This document shows positions 11,751 through 23,949 of a stretch of 64,000 nt of DNA, piece by piece; position 1 is the first letter of the stretch; every line of letters starts with the position of its first letter. The translations under genes were made by a program, and so were the position numbers. Under the pieces are notes generated by a model. It ran no database searches. It saw nothing but the letters and a program-made list of their open reading frames with translations, and was not told the origin of the DNA. The stretch spans positions 69,564,001-69,628,000 of the forward strand of contig NC_042997.1 in assembly GCF_006345805.1 (NCBI RefSeq), read 5' to 3'. Origin of the DNA: Octopus sinensis (taxonomy: Eukaryota).

Positions 11751-13119
11751 CATACATGTATGTATATATCAAGCAACTAATTGAATATATAATCTATACT
11801 CATGCAAATAGTTATATATTTTTGTACATAAACAAGCACACACACACATACACACATATATACATACATATATACATATATATATATACATATACATACA
11901 TGTATGTATATATATTTACACACACACACACAAATATATATATATATAGTAGTCTCACTCCTCTCCTCCTCCTCCTCCTCCTCCTCCTCCTCATCCTCTG
12001 ACACTGATTCTTTCTCATTGTGTGTGTGTACTGTTCAGTTATTCATTGCCTTCATCAAAGTCTAGTATATGCATTCTTTGTGCTCCTTTTATGTTAATTC
12101 TGTTTTTCTCTTCTACCTTCATACCCCGCTCTCTCTCTCTCTTCCTTCCCCCGCTCTCTCTCTCTCTCTCTTTCTCACTTCCCTCTCTCTCTCTCTCTCC
12201 CTCTCTCTCTCCCTCTCTCTCTCTCTCTCTCACTGTACGATATAAAACGTCACTGGAGAAATCATCCAACCGACTAGCATTTATAAAGGCAATCAACTAC
12301 ATAAGTAATTTAGATACAGTATGTACATACGCACATGTGTGTATGCATGTGTGTGTGTGCATGTGAGTGTGCGTACGTATGTATCTAAGTATTTAAGTAC
12401 AAGCAGTATCTTAAGTACTTATATATTTTATATATATGTCATACCCTGCTTTATGCCAAGCCAGCATTAAGCGACAAGCGCAAATACTTTCTAAAATGCC
12501 CGTTATCATAGTTTCTGGAGTTGCACTTCGATTAAAAACGTCGTGTGGATCATAACCTTTGTTATGTAAATATTGCTATTTGGAGGTTTCATAACGTTTC
12601 ATAATTAGAAATACCTAACTTGAAGGATTTAAAGGCAAAACAGAAAAACATTAAGATTATGACTAAGAATGCTCGTAAAAGGTGATGAAGACGTATTTCC
12701 CAACAGCAGTTTTAATCACCCTTTCTTTCGCTTTTCCTAAGCTTTATATTCTAGTAGTTATGAGAAATAAGTTCAATTTCAATTTTATGATTTTACAAGC
12801 CCAATAGAAATAAATCACATATAGCAATATATGTGAAAAAATGTTATATGCCTTATCCTATAAACTCTTTTATATTACCTATATATGTGTAAATGATTGA
12901 TTTTTTCATAAAATGCTTACTTGCCATAAACTGTGCATGTAACGATGAAGATTAAGTCCCAATAGTATTTTAAATACTATTGCAACTTAATCTCTAGGTA
13001 CAGGAATCTTATATGTACACCATTCTGCCTAAATAATGGAACTGAAGATACAATATCCCTGCATATCTCATGTCTATTTTCATTTCATATCTTATCTAGA
13101 ATAACTATTGCTTAACCAT

Positions 13120-13395
13120 TTTCTCACACCGTTTCCGGTGAAGGGATGTATAAAATATCCCGGAAACAGCTGTAACACCTATTTATAAATATTGTGAAAT
13201 CTTTACAGCCTTGGATTTTATCTCATTCTGTTAATTTTTTTATATATACACATACTGCCATATGACCTACGTTGGACTTCCCATTCGCATACTCACCGAA
13301 CCTGGAGCTTAACTATAGTCTGTCCATACCACTTAATCAGCATTACCTGACACTTTGGGGTCTTCTTGACACCATTACCTATCATAACCTATATA
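13120..13395 (+). mobile_element. Probable Penelope-like pseudo-LTR fragment
   Basis: 13183-13395 is homologous to 47008-47220 (GGATTTTATCTCATTCTG...GAGCTTAAC...GGGTCTTC...CACCA...CATAACC) and carries the hammerhead-like motif. PLE identity is inferred. Confidence 0.5.
13131..13178 (+). ncRNA. Degenerate minimal type I hammerhead ribozyme (relic)
   Basis: GTTT-CCGGTGA-A-GGGATGT(ATAAA)ATATCCC-G-GAAAC-AGCT-GTA-ACAC. It has a 7-bp stem II, GAAAC, a palindromic AGCT loop III and a GUA cleavage triplet. The core CUGANGA carries two substitutions. Confidence 0.55.
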
Positions 13396-13407
13396 TACAC
13401 GCGCGCG

Positions 13408-13440
<33 letters not shown>

Positions 13441-13535
13441 CACACACACACACACATATATATATATATACGTATGTATGTAAATGTATATGTGAGAGTG
13501 TACACGCACGTGTGTATGTGTGTTTGTGGTTTTGA

Positions 13536-16500
13536 TCTATACTACAATTGCGCTATTTACGTCTGTATGTGTTTCTGTGTCAAAAGTTTTGTTACCGAAC
13601 TTCTCCGCAACCACTGGACCGATTTCAACCAAACTTGGCATGAGGAACCGTGCGTACCCCGAGAGTGTCAAAATCTATAGAGGATTCCCGAAAATTAACC
13701 GGCACGGTTCCAGTCTGGTAAAATCCGACAGAACGAATTACCCCTCTCACTATTCTATGACTCTCCTACTATTCCTCATGCTTACTATCCCTTTCTCTTA
13801 TTGAGAACTGTAGTGTGAGGAGCGGTAATTGACAGAATTGCATACAATGTTGCCTCACATAACTCTCTCTCCCTGCTGCATATATTTACTGTTTCTCTTA
13901 ACTCACTCTCTCTTTACCGGTTGCGCACTTTTCCATGTCTCCTTCAGAGTTAATTTGATGTTTCCCTCTCACATATATATTACGTATTGAACTCACTCTC
14001 TCAAACAATGTTACCACTCATAACTCTCTCTCTATCTCTCTATCTCACACACACACACACGCACACACACACACACACACATATTTACTACTTCTCTTAC
14101 CTCATTCTCTCTTCACCGGTTGTGTCCCTTCACCGATAGAGACCATTTGTGGTGAAAAACATAAAATACTGTCAGTCTTCGACGAAAATTACAATTACAC
14201 CATACTCGCTAAATACTATAAGTGCGATTTCTATGTTATTGAATTGCTCTAAATGAATTTTACTATAAAAATGCTGGAAATTTTAGTATTTTTTAAGATA
14301 TTAATATAATTTGTCGGATCTATTTTCATGCCGTCGGGCGTCGGAGCTATTCTTATGTCTGTTTACATCGTTACGTGTATGAATATGTTATTGAATGTAC
14401 TGTCGTCTGATGTGTAGAATTCTCAATGAGTAGGCGTAAAATAAATGAAAATTTCGGAAATTTTTCGCATTCGACTGCATGAAAATAGGTTCGACTAATG
14501 TTATTATTACCTTAGAAAATACTAAATCTCCGACATTTCTATGGTCAAACTCGTTTAGAGCAATTCGACAACAAAAAAAGCGCACTTTAAAGTAGTGTTT
14601 AGCGAGAGTGGTGTTATTGTAAATAAATACCCAAGGTAAATATTTACAATAAATACCGTGAAAACTTCCCGTTCAGAGAAATTAGCTCAAATACTAGCTG
14701 AATCGTCTCAAAACTTTCACTGTATAATTATCATAAATATTCACGCTTTCAATAGTACACTATACCCAGAAAAATAAAGGGCAACAAGCTGTCCCGAAAA
14801 AATTCCCATTCACAAAAGATCGCTGAGCAAAGACAACAGGGCCTGATAGAGTCAATATTCAAATATGGTCATGCAGTACTGATGAAACAATTGGAATGTC
14901 TCAAGAGTTTAACAATTCACGCCTTAAGGTGGTTGACAAGGAAACTGACACTTACCAAAATGCAAGATACATCTCATCTGGTGAGCCAATTGGGAAGATA
15001 TTCAGATTTTCAATCCATTCCAGACAACCCACTGTCATAAATCTTTCATGCTATTTGAAAAATTAGCAGTCTCTTATTTTTGATGGTGAAAGCCTTGAGC
15101 TTGCAATAAAAACAACTTTGACTGAATTTTTCACATTAAATAAATATGACTCAGACACCAGAGACAAGCTATATGCTGAAATTCCAAAGTATTACACTTA
15201 GAATAAAAAAGAGAAGTGGCAAAAGAGGAAAGAGGAAACAATCATGGAAGATGGAAACTATGAAACCAGTACTATTGGTCGCATTCCAATTGTCGCTTAC
15301 AATGTCCGGCAGAAAGAGTTATATTAAATGAGAATGCTGCTGCATCACATCAAAGGTCCCCAATTATACGCTGACTTACGGACTGTTAATGGTGATCTAT
15401 GTTTCAACTACCAAGACGCGTGTACAAAGCTGGATCTTTTACAAGACGATGACCAAATCATTAGAACATTAGTTGAAGCCAAACATCAGTTTCAGCGACC
15501 AGCTAAGACACGTATTTTGTACTGTTCTCCTTACCTGTCGGCCACATGATGCCAAAGATTTATGGGAAAGATAGAAGGATGCATTGTGTGATGACAAATA
15601 AAAGGTAAAACCACGTTGGATAACCAACAGAATTCCGTTACAACGCGGTCCTGCTTTTCATCATAGTAAGATTGGCCAGAGAAGTTACAATGGCAAATCT
15701 TGGTCTTCAAGAACAAGTTTTAGAAAGTAAACTAGAAGTTCTGCCAATGATACCGCAGAAAGAGCTCAATTTTGAGAAAGCTTCTCTCCGTGACCGTGTT
15801 TTCGAGAGGTTTCCAGCACTAAATGCTGAACAGAAGTATATCTTTGATCAAGGTGTTGGATCAGTTATAAACAAGAAAGGAAAAATATAGAACGCAAGCG
15901 GTGGCTCCGGGAAAACTTACGCAATCAATCTGATTCTCGCTGAAGTTCGGTCACAAGATCATATTGGTTTTGTCACTGTAGTCTCTGAAAATATGCGAAC
16001 TTTGCACTCCAGATGCAGTATTTCATTGAGAATTACTGAGGAATCTATGTGCCACATGAAGATAAGTGATTGCAGAGAAAAACTTTTCCAAAAGGCAAGG
16101 CTACTAGTTATTGACGTGGTTACAATGGGTCATAAGCATGTCTATGAATATGTTGATCGCAGTCTCAGAGATGTTAGACATGAACCAGATAAGCTGTTTG
16201 GCGGTCTAACTGTTTTGTTTTCTGAAGACTGGAAGCAGATCTTGCCCGTAGTGAAAAGCGGTTCCAGAGCCCAGATTGTTCATGCCACATTAAAACAGTC
16301 ATATATTTGGAACCATGTTCAAATTCTGAAGTCCTCTGTCAATATGAGAGTCCAAAATTCTTGCGTTGATGACACTGCTTTCGCATCCTATCTTAACTAG
16401 CTGGGGAATGGAACATTTCCTACCAATCAAGAAATTGGTGAATACAAAATATCTGTTCCTCCACCGCATATGATTGACTCTGCAAGGCTACAGGACCTTT

Positions 16501-17265
16501 GTGAAGTGGTCTTCAGGGGTATTGATGAGAAATATAGAGTGGGGCTATGGATGAGCAGTAGAGCCATCATTACTCCTACAAACAAGGCTGCTAAAGAAGT
16601 GAATAAAGTTGTCATGTTGAAACTTCTACAAAGAGATGGCAAAACTTATCGACGCTGTAACGAGAATGAGTTCTCGCTGGAACTGATCAATGATCTCAAT
16701 CCACCACGGTTTCCACCATACATTTTGATTTTGAAGAAGCACTCTTCTATTATGCTGCTCAGAAACCTTGATCCAGCAGGTCATTGTAACGGAACAAGAT
16801 ATATAGTCTTGAATCTGCACAACCACCTTATTGACGCAGAAGTGGCTAATAGGACACATGCTGGAATTCGAATAATGATACCACTAATTTCACTGACCAC
16901 CACTGAAGACTATCCGTTCCCATTTTCCACGAAGCAGTTTCCTCTGAAGCCGGCTTTTAGTATGACATCAAACAAATCCCAGCGCCAGCCCTTAGGAAAA
17001 GTTAGAATTTACCTGCCAACACCTATGTTCAGACATGGCCAGTTCCATGTTGCCAACATGCAGGGTTGGTTCTGGGAACAATGTGCATATATGGCTTTGA
17101 ACTCAGGGTATAAGGGTATGAAAGGAATCTACACTGACAAGGTTGTCTATAAGGAAATTCTTTAAGAAAATTATAGTAAGTTTCACTTTTTACTTTCAAA
17201 CTACGAACAAGAGTTTAGATATGTACTAGCGGAATCGATCGCCCGGAGGGCGGTGATTCAGCTAG
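13536..17265 (+). mobile_element. Helitron, both termini present, RepHel coding region degenerate and internally deleted
   Basis: 5' A|TCTATACT at 13536 and 3' GC hairpin plus CTAG|T at 17262-17266. Coding remnants include YQNARYISSGE, YIK*RMLLHHIKGPQLYADLRTVNG, a Walker A-like NASGGSGKT (near 15891-15917), LVIDVVTM, FGGLTVLFSEDWKQILPVV, MLLRNLDPAGHCNGTR and FSMTSNKSQ...VVYKEIL* (PIF1-like helicase). Confidence 0.9.
14189..14622. repeat. Long imperfect inverted repeat (fold-back/MITE-like) inside the Helitron
   Basis: Arms 14189-14340 and 14466-14622 align in reverse complement (TTACAATTACACCATACTCGCTAAA vs TTACAATAACACCACTCTCGCTAAA, continuing to CTATTTTCATGCCGTCG vs CTATTTTCATGCAGTCG). Confidence 0.85.
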
Positions 17266-17349
17266 TTCATGTTAAGGGAAGTAATATTTAATATTAAAAT
17301 TGAAGATTTTATATATCAGACTGTTATTAACGTTAAACTTAATGAATTA

Positions 17350-18199
17350 TTAGGTTGTTCCGAAAATAGTGGCCGAATTCAGAAATATAATTTTGTTCTG
17401 GAAAAATTAACAAAAGAAATTTTTTGATTAGTCAAAGTATGAGTCGTGAACGTCTATGCATCTCTGCTATCGATCAACGAGATTATTTATGCTTCGTTGA
17501 TAAAAACTTATTTGCTTTGATGCTAAGAAACCTTTGAAAGCTGATTCAACTTTGGCTTTGGGAAATGTTTGAGAGAATCATCACGATCAAGCAATTGACC
17601 TGATCGTTTACGGTTATCATAAGTTATCCCCTTTTCGTCGCAAGTGATTTTTCAGGGAAGAAAAGTATCACTGGTGTTCACAGAAAGAGCATCGAGCACA
17701 CTTCAAAACTCCGAACTTTTTGATTTTCATTGCGCTTATATGGTACTCTTTTATCGAGCTTTTTCACCTTAGCAATCTTCTGCAGATTGCGTGAGACCGT
17801 TGCAATACCGACACCAAGTGCCCGAGACAATTCTCTGACACTTTGACGTGGGTTTTGTTCAACAATTGCTTTCAATTGTTCATTGTGAAGACTGCATGAC
17901 CGTCCTCTACCTTCTTCATCTTCAAGGCTCTCATCACCACTACGGAGTTTCTGAAACCACCTTCGTACTGTGCGATAATTGGTGGACCCCCCTCTTCTCA
18001 TGCTCTGTTGATATTGACAGCAGTTTGGGAGACATTTTGCCCAAGCTTGAACTCATGCAAGAAAAGTAAGCAAAGGTCCTTTTTTTTGTCATGTTCATAA
18101 TTAAGGGCGCCTATGCTTCAAGAATGTTTTCTGACTGAAATAAGTAGAAAATTATTAAAGCGCATACATCAATTATTAAGTATGTCGAAATTCACCTAA
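17350..18199 (-). mobile_element. Mariner (D,D34D-type) transposon, internally deleted
   Basis: ORF 17678-18001 WFQKLRSGDESLEDEE...EQNPRQSVREL...KVKKLDKRVP, then ITCDEK...KHFPKPK jumping directly to the C-terminal ESAFKGFL...RCIDVHDSYFD*. The ends are TA|TTAGGT and ACCTAA|TA. Confidence 0.85.
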
Positions 18200-20938
18200 T
18201 ATATTAAGATACTATGATTGCGTTTCAAAACACAAAATTAATGCAAACTGCGTCTCGCTCACTCTGGTTATATAACATAACAGAATTAATTGACGTTCAA
18301 GCGTTTTCTTGCTCTAGATACATTGAGATGTAGTGCAGAATGATACTTCATACATATAAAACTGATTGTCTTCTTTATGTTGGTGTTGTTCGTATGCAGA
18401 TGTGTGCGCGTCTGAGAGAGAGAGGAAATCAGTCAACGAACCATGTTTTCCATAGATCCATCGCTTTAGCTATACAACCCACTCCACAAACTAAATGCTA
18501 TAGTACTCATTCCAGTATGCAGTATTTATACAAATATTATATGTCAAGTCAAGACCAATTCCATCACAGGGTGGTGGAAATGCGCTATAGGAAAACATGT
18601 AATCCAGCGTTAACTGCCTATGGTAGAGTTGGACTTTCTCAGTGAGGAGTATGTGAGGGTAACAGTAGATTTAACTAAGACATAACCTGTCAAATGCGGA
18701 AGATCTAGAGAGTCAAAAGCACTCTTATCATACAGGAGAGGCAAATTCCTCCATGATCTACTGAACCCAGTGAATACAGTTAAATGAATTACGTTTCATC
18801 TTTCCAGAGTCAGTAGAATAATGTCTACCTTGAAAGAATTTAATGGAAGTGAAAATGTATTCCTTAACGAATATGTGATTTCGTACTCATGTAACACAGC
18901 TACTAGAACTTTTAGCTAAAGTGGTTGTTTGTTAAGTAAATACTCACCCACAAATCTCTATATAATGGATTATGGAAACAAAAGATAAGTTCATTTATAT
19001 ATATTCTTTATATCGCATAAAGCTAAATAAATTGCGATGATAAAGTTCTAAGTGTCTACAAAGGTATTTGCTGAGCTTTCGTCTCAAGGTTTTTGAATAA
19101 AATGAGCGGCATACCGGGAATCGCAAATGGCGTAGAAAGATAGTTAAATAACCGTAAAATGGCTGTTGCATGCCAAAAATAACATGCAGTCAGCTATTAC
19201 AACAAAATTCCACGACAAGTAACTCAAAAGAATTTGTGACTTATTATCAGATATGGCATATATTCTTTCGCACTACTTATGTGAACTGGAATATTATAGA
19301 TTAGTATGGTATAGAGATATAGACAAGACTAATTGCGCACCTGGACAAATGATTCATGATCTGATAAATTAATTCATTAACCGAATTAGCTTATCTGGTC
19401 AGTTATTAGAGAAATTACCTGAATATACAGAGGGAGTAAATTGGTGATGCATATATGACTGTTCTTTTTAGGGAAAGAAGTTGCGTAACCTGTGAGGATA
19501 AAGTAGCTGAAATGTGACAAGTCTGTAACCAACGAAACCTTTTTATTGATCTTATAATGATGCTTAGTGCAACGTATTAGAGTAGAAGTGGGTCACCCAG
19601 CAAAACAGTGCTATCAAAAGGTAGAAGGTGATATATACGAATTGGCGTTGAACTCTGACACAAAATTTAAATTTCCCACGTAAAATAGATATTACTATGC
19701 TGAAGTTTCTTATGACATGAGCAACAGATTCAGAATAGTGAAATAAGGTATTTCATCTTTGTCTTTTTTTTTTTTTAGTATAATCTTCCTTCGCAATGAC
19801 TTGATTTCTCTCTCTTCCTCCCTCCGTCTCACCCCACCCCCTCTCTCCATCTCCCTCCCTCTCCCTTCCCCCTCTCCTTCTCTCCACTCCTCATGAGTTT
19901 CTATACATGCATACATGTTTGTGAATCTGATTGTGCCTGTGTGCGTATGTATTTGTGTACCTATTTACATATATATGTATGTATATGTGTGTACGTACGT
20001 ATGTATCTATGTATGTGCGTGTGTGAGCAAATGTGTATAGAGGAATTAATAACAAACATGTGGTTTCTCATAAACTGTCATTACTTAAACATGTAGAGTA
20101 TCTAGTCTGCTATCATGAACAACTCATAAACTAATGTTTTAATATTATTATGACACAACTCTGTAGTCATTCCATATTTGTGCGTATGCAAGTTATGTGA
20201 CTACGTGTGCGTATGCGTGATTAGATATGCATACTAATATCCGTCAATTGTGAGTGAAATACGGAAATAAGAGCAACAAATGCAATAAATGCCATGTGAG
20301 ACTTTTTTTGTAGTTAGTATTGGCATATCTCAACTTACGTCGTTTAGATTGACGTCTTCTTCGATTTTACTACTGTTTTTTTTATTATTTTTAAGAAATT
20401 AAAGGAGAAAAACAAACCTCAAGTTTAGTCTTTTTAACCGATATGACGTCGAAAATAACACCTAATAGTAAATACTGAAGTGGAAAATCATATAAAAGAC
20501 ATGTAAAAATATGAACAAACCATTTATTAAAACAAATATAAATGCCGTATTACGTAGTTTTTCGAGTTACGTCTCATGTTTTCGAACCAAATTCCGATGT
20601 ATTTTGAGCTATGTTTATATTTAGTTTTCTCTCGTTCCGCGTTTTAAGGATTATATTCTAATCACTTCGAGTTTTCATTGCGTCTCTCTACAAAATCTCA
20701 CATCAAAATCAGTACAATACAAACCATTACAAGGCTTAATGCAGTCGATTAAACCACTTTTCTACAAATCTATAGCCCCTTTATTTGAAATCATTGTCGT
20801 CAACTAAATCTGTTTTGAAGCGAAAAAAATTCATAGCGAAATTTTGTTTATGTTCTGAAATCAAATATTACCGGAGCGGACTTTTGATTTCATTCATCGG
20901 GAGCAATAAAATACGTATCAGTACAGTAATAATGAGAG

Positions 20939-20990
<52 letters not shown>

Positions 20991-20991
20991 G

Positions 20992-21207
20992 ATCCTTTCT
21001 ACTATAGACATGAGATCTAAAATTTTGAAGGGAGAGGGCTTGTCGATAACATCGACCTCAATACACGGCTGGTACTTATTTCATCGTCCCTGAAATACTG
21101 AAAGAAAAGTCAATCTCGGGGGAATTTGAACTCAGAACTTGAAGACGGACGAATTAACCTAAGCGTTTTTGTCCGGCGTACTAACGATTCTGCCAGCTCG
21201 CCGCCTT
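20992..21207 (-). mobile_element. tRNA-derived SINE family B
   Basis: Reverse complement of the family B head and body (...GGAATTTGAACTCAGAAC...CTAACGATTCTGCCAGCTCGCCGCCTT), flanked by (GAT)n and (AGC/AGT)n. Confidence 0.88.
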
Positions 21208-21240
21208 AGCAGTAGCAGCAGCAGCAGCAGCAGCAGCATC

Positions 21241-21334
<94 letters not shown>

Positions 21335-21849
21335 ACAATAGCAACAACGACAGAAGTAATATTACTGATTATAGAGCACAAACATAGCTCCAATAATATC
21401 AGAAAGAATAAACTTGGAATGAAAGATATTTTTGATAAGAGCAGAGCGATCATATAAAAGCTTATATTGCTGTTAAGATCAATTACTGGCTCACAAAGAC
21501 GTAAATAATGACAGTACACTGAGAAAGAAGAATCTTAATTGACGGCAAAAAGCGTTGATCGACTGCTTAAAGCTATTCAACAGTGCCTGCATGTAAATTT
21601 TGAAAGCATTAGCCAATAGTGTAGTGGCGCCATTAATAAACAGATACGTTAAACAGATAATGAATAAATGGCACGCAATTCTACAGATACAGACAAAAGA
21701 AAAGATTTTTTAAATTAACTTTTTCTCCTCAGTAAGTGGAATATTCCAAAGAGGCTCTCTCTCTCTCTCTGTTGCTCACTCTGTCTTTCTCCCAGTCTCT
21801 CTCTTTGTCTCTGTCGCTCTCTGTCTGTCTGTCTGTCTGTTTCTCTCTC

Positions 21850-21892
<43 letters not shown>

Positions 21893-21979
21893 AGTCCTTT
21901 TCAACCTTAGTATGTAAAGCCAGGAAGGACTCAGATACTGTTCATACGGGATAGGAATCAATTAATTTTTATATATAGA

Positions 21980-22790
21980 CGATTTCAAGTAATATAATGT
22001 AAATTATAAACAACTAGAAACATTGTTAATGATAGCTAACAGTTTCATTATAGCAATTAATATGACCTTTGAGCGAGAAAAATTAATCAATGTAACCTGG
22101 AACAGAAAATTAATTATGTACAATACTACTATACTAGATAAAGGAACAATTGTAATAGAAACATAACAAAGGAATCAATAAATTACACAAAAACAACACT
22201 CGCTAGAACGTTTGATAGAAATATTACAGGTACAATAAATTAATATTTAAAAGAGAGCTAAATGTAAAGAGGAAAAATGTAGTTTGCCACAATATGTTAC
22301 CTGTCCCAGTAATAAACAAAATTAGAATATTCGCAACGGAGAGATAAATGAACTAGTAACATTAGACAGAATAAAAGGAAAATAATGACTGCATAGAGAA
22401 TACACTATCCAAATCTCACATAGAAGATTATATTTATCTTAGTGATGTTGATACACTGATATAGAAGGAATAAAACAATTATAAAATATTCAAAGTAGGA
22501 TCAGAAAAGTATCGTGTAAAAGAGAATAGAAAACTACTGGCAACAGTTTTCTAACCATAAGGAAGCCAAGAAAAACAAATAGCGGCACAAAAGATAGGCA
22601 GTTGTAAGGAGAAACGAGAAACAAGAGAAGAAATTATCAAAACCTAAATACTAAGTTACAATGTGACTACAGAATACCATGATAAAGAGATGGCAAGAAA
22701 ATCCCATTTGGCCAATACGATGGAAATAAGCAAACCAAACGAGCTGGAAGTAAACAAAGAAATATCGCAAAGCAGAGACTCAAGAATTCT
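21980..22790 (+). mobile_element. Possible highly degraded RTE-type LINE 3' region
   Basis: Strong A-rich strand bias and faint RKPRKT- and RW...W-like pieces resembling RTE C-termini. No clean ORF. Confidence 0.25.
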
Positions 22791-22833
22791 TGATTGTGCC
22801 AAATAATAGCAATAACTGCCTTAACAACTGCAT

Positions 22834-22863
22834 AACTACTACTACTACTACTACTACTACAAT

Positions 22864-22922
<59 letters not shown>

Positions 22923-22983
22923 TTACTACTACTACTACTGATAATAATAATAATAATAATATTAATAATAATAATAATAATAA

Positions 22984-23014
<31 letters not shown>

Positions 23015-23089
23015 AAGAAGAAGAAGGATGATGATGATGAGGAGGAGGAGGAGGAGGAGGAGGAGGAGGGGGAGGAGGAGGAGGAGGAG
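22834..23089. repeat. Compound trinucleotide array (ACT)-(AAT)-(AAG)-(GAT)-(GAG)
   Basis: Directly visible. Confidence 0.97.
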
Positions 23090-23559
23090 TGGGAAAGCAT
23101 GTGAAGGCGTAGAATGAGAAGGAATGTTTCTTTTATTTGCCACCAGGGCGACGGATGAGGGAGAAGAAACCAAATAGACATGAACTTTGGGAAATGATTC
23201 TAAACAATGATTTATAATAACAGCAACACCAGCGACGTCGACAATGGCGAAGAAGAAGAAGAAGAAGAAGAAGAAGAAGAAGAAGAAGAAGAAGAAGAAG
23301 AAGAAGAAGAAGAAGAAGAAGAATGAATGAATGAATGAATGAATTAATTAATGAATTCCTGTAGAAAAAATAATTTACACTAAATTCAGCGCAAGGCCCA
23401 TAAAATCTTGTTACTAGGGTGTTGCAAAATCAAATTGTAAATTGTGAACTATGTCACTGAATACATTGAATGGAACCGTTTTTTTTAATTATTCAAAGTG
23501 TTAAGTGAGTATAAGCACACAACACAAATGAAATATAATTAAATTGATGGTTTCTCTTT

Positions 23560-23730
23560 TAGGCCTAGGACCGGCAGTTTTGAAGGAAATGAGTCAATTA
23601 GATCACCCACAGTATTTGACTCGTACTATATTTTATGAAATCCAGAGAAATGAAAGTAAAAGTTAATCGCAGCAGGATTCGAACTCAAATAATTAAGAGA
23701 CGATAAACCACAGAACGTTTCACCCATCGT
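23560..23730 (-). mobile_element. Degenerate SINE family B fragment
   Basis: GATTCGAACTCA (B-box reverse complement) and weak similarity to the family B body. Confidence 0.45.
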
Positions 23731-23949
23731 TCAAAGGATTCTACCAAAACATCTCCAACTCACAAATGTGTAACAAGCTACTACTTAGGTCTGATTAGAT
23801 CAACACCTCAAACCCCACCCCCAACAGTCATCAGTTCTCTTATTGCAGATTGGTACTCCTAAATGCGGCCATGAACATTTTCTGCGATGACCAAAGTAGT
23901 ATCTCACTTTCTTTGATCGGACATTTCCAGTAACCATCTTTCATTTGAA

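Noticed and set aside
18441-18600. Short inverted repeat CATGTTTTCCATAG / CTATAGGAAAACATG
   Set aside because: Only about 14 bp, with no TSD and no second copy; compatible with chance in 64 kb of AT-rich DNA.
20280-20720. Possible degenerate fold-back (ATGTGAGA...TTTGTAG / CTACAAAATCTCACAT)
   Set aside because: Similarity does not extend convincingly beyond about 16 bp by eye; einverted would be needed.
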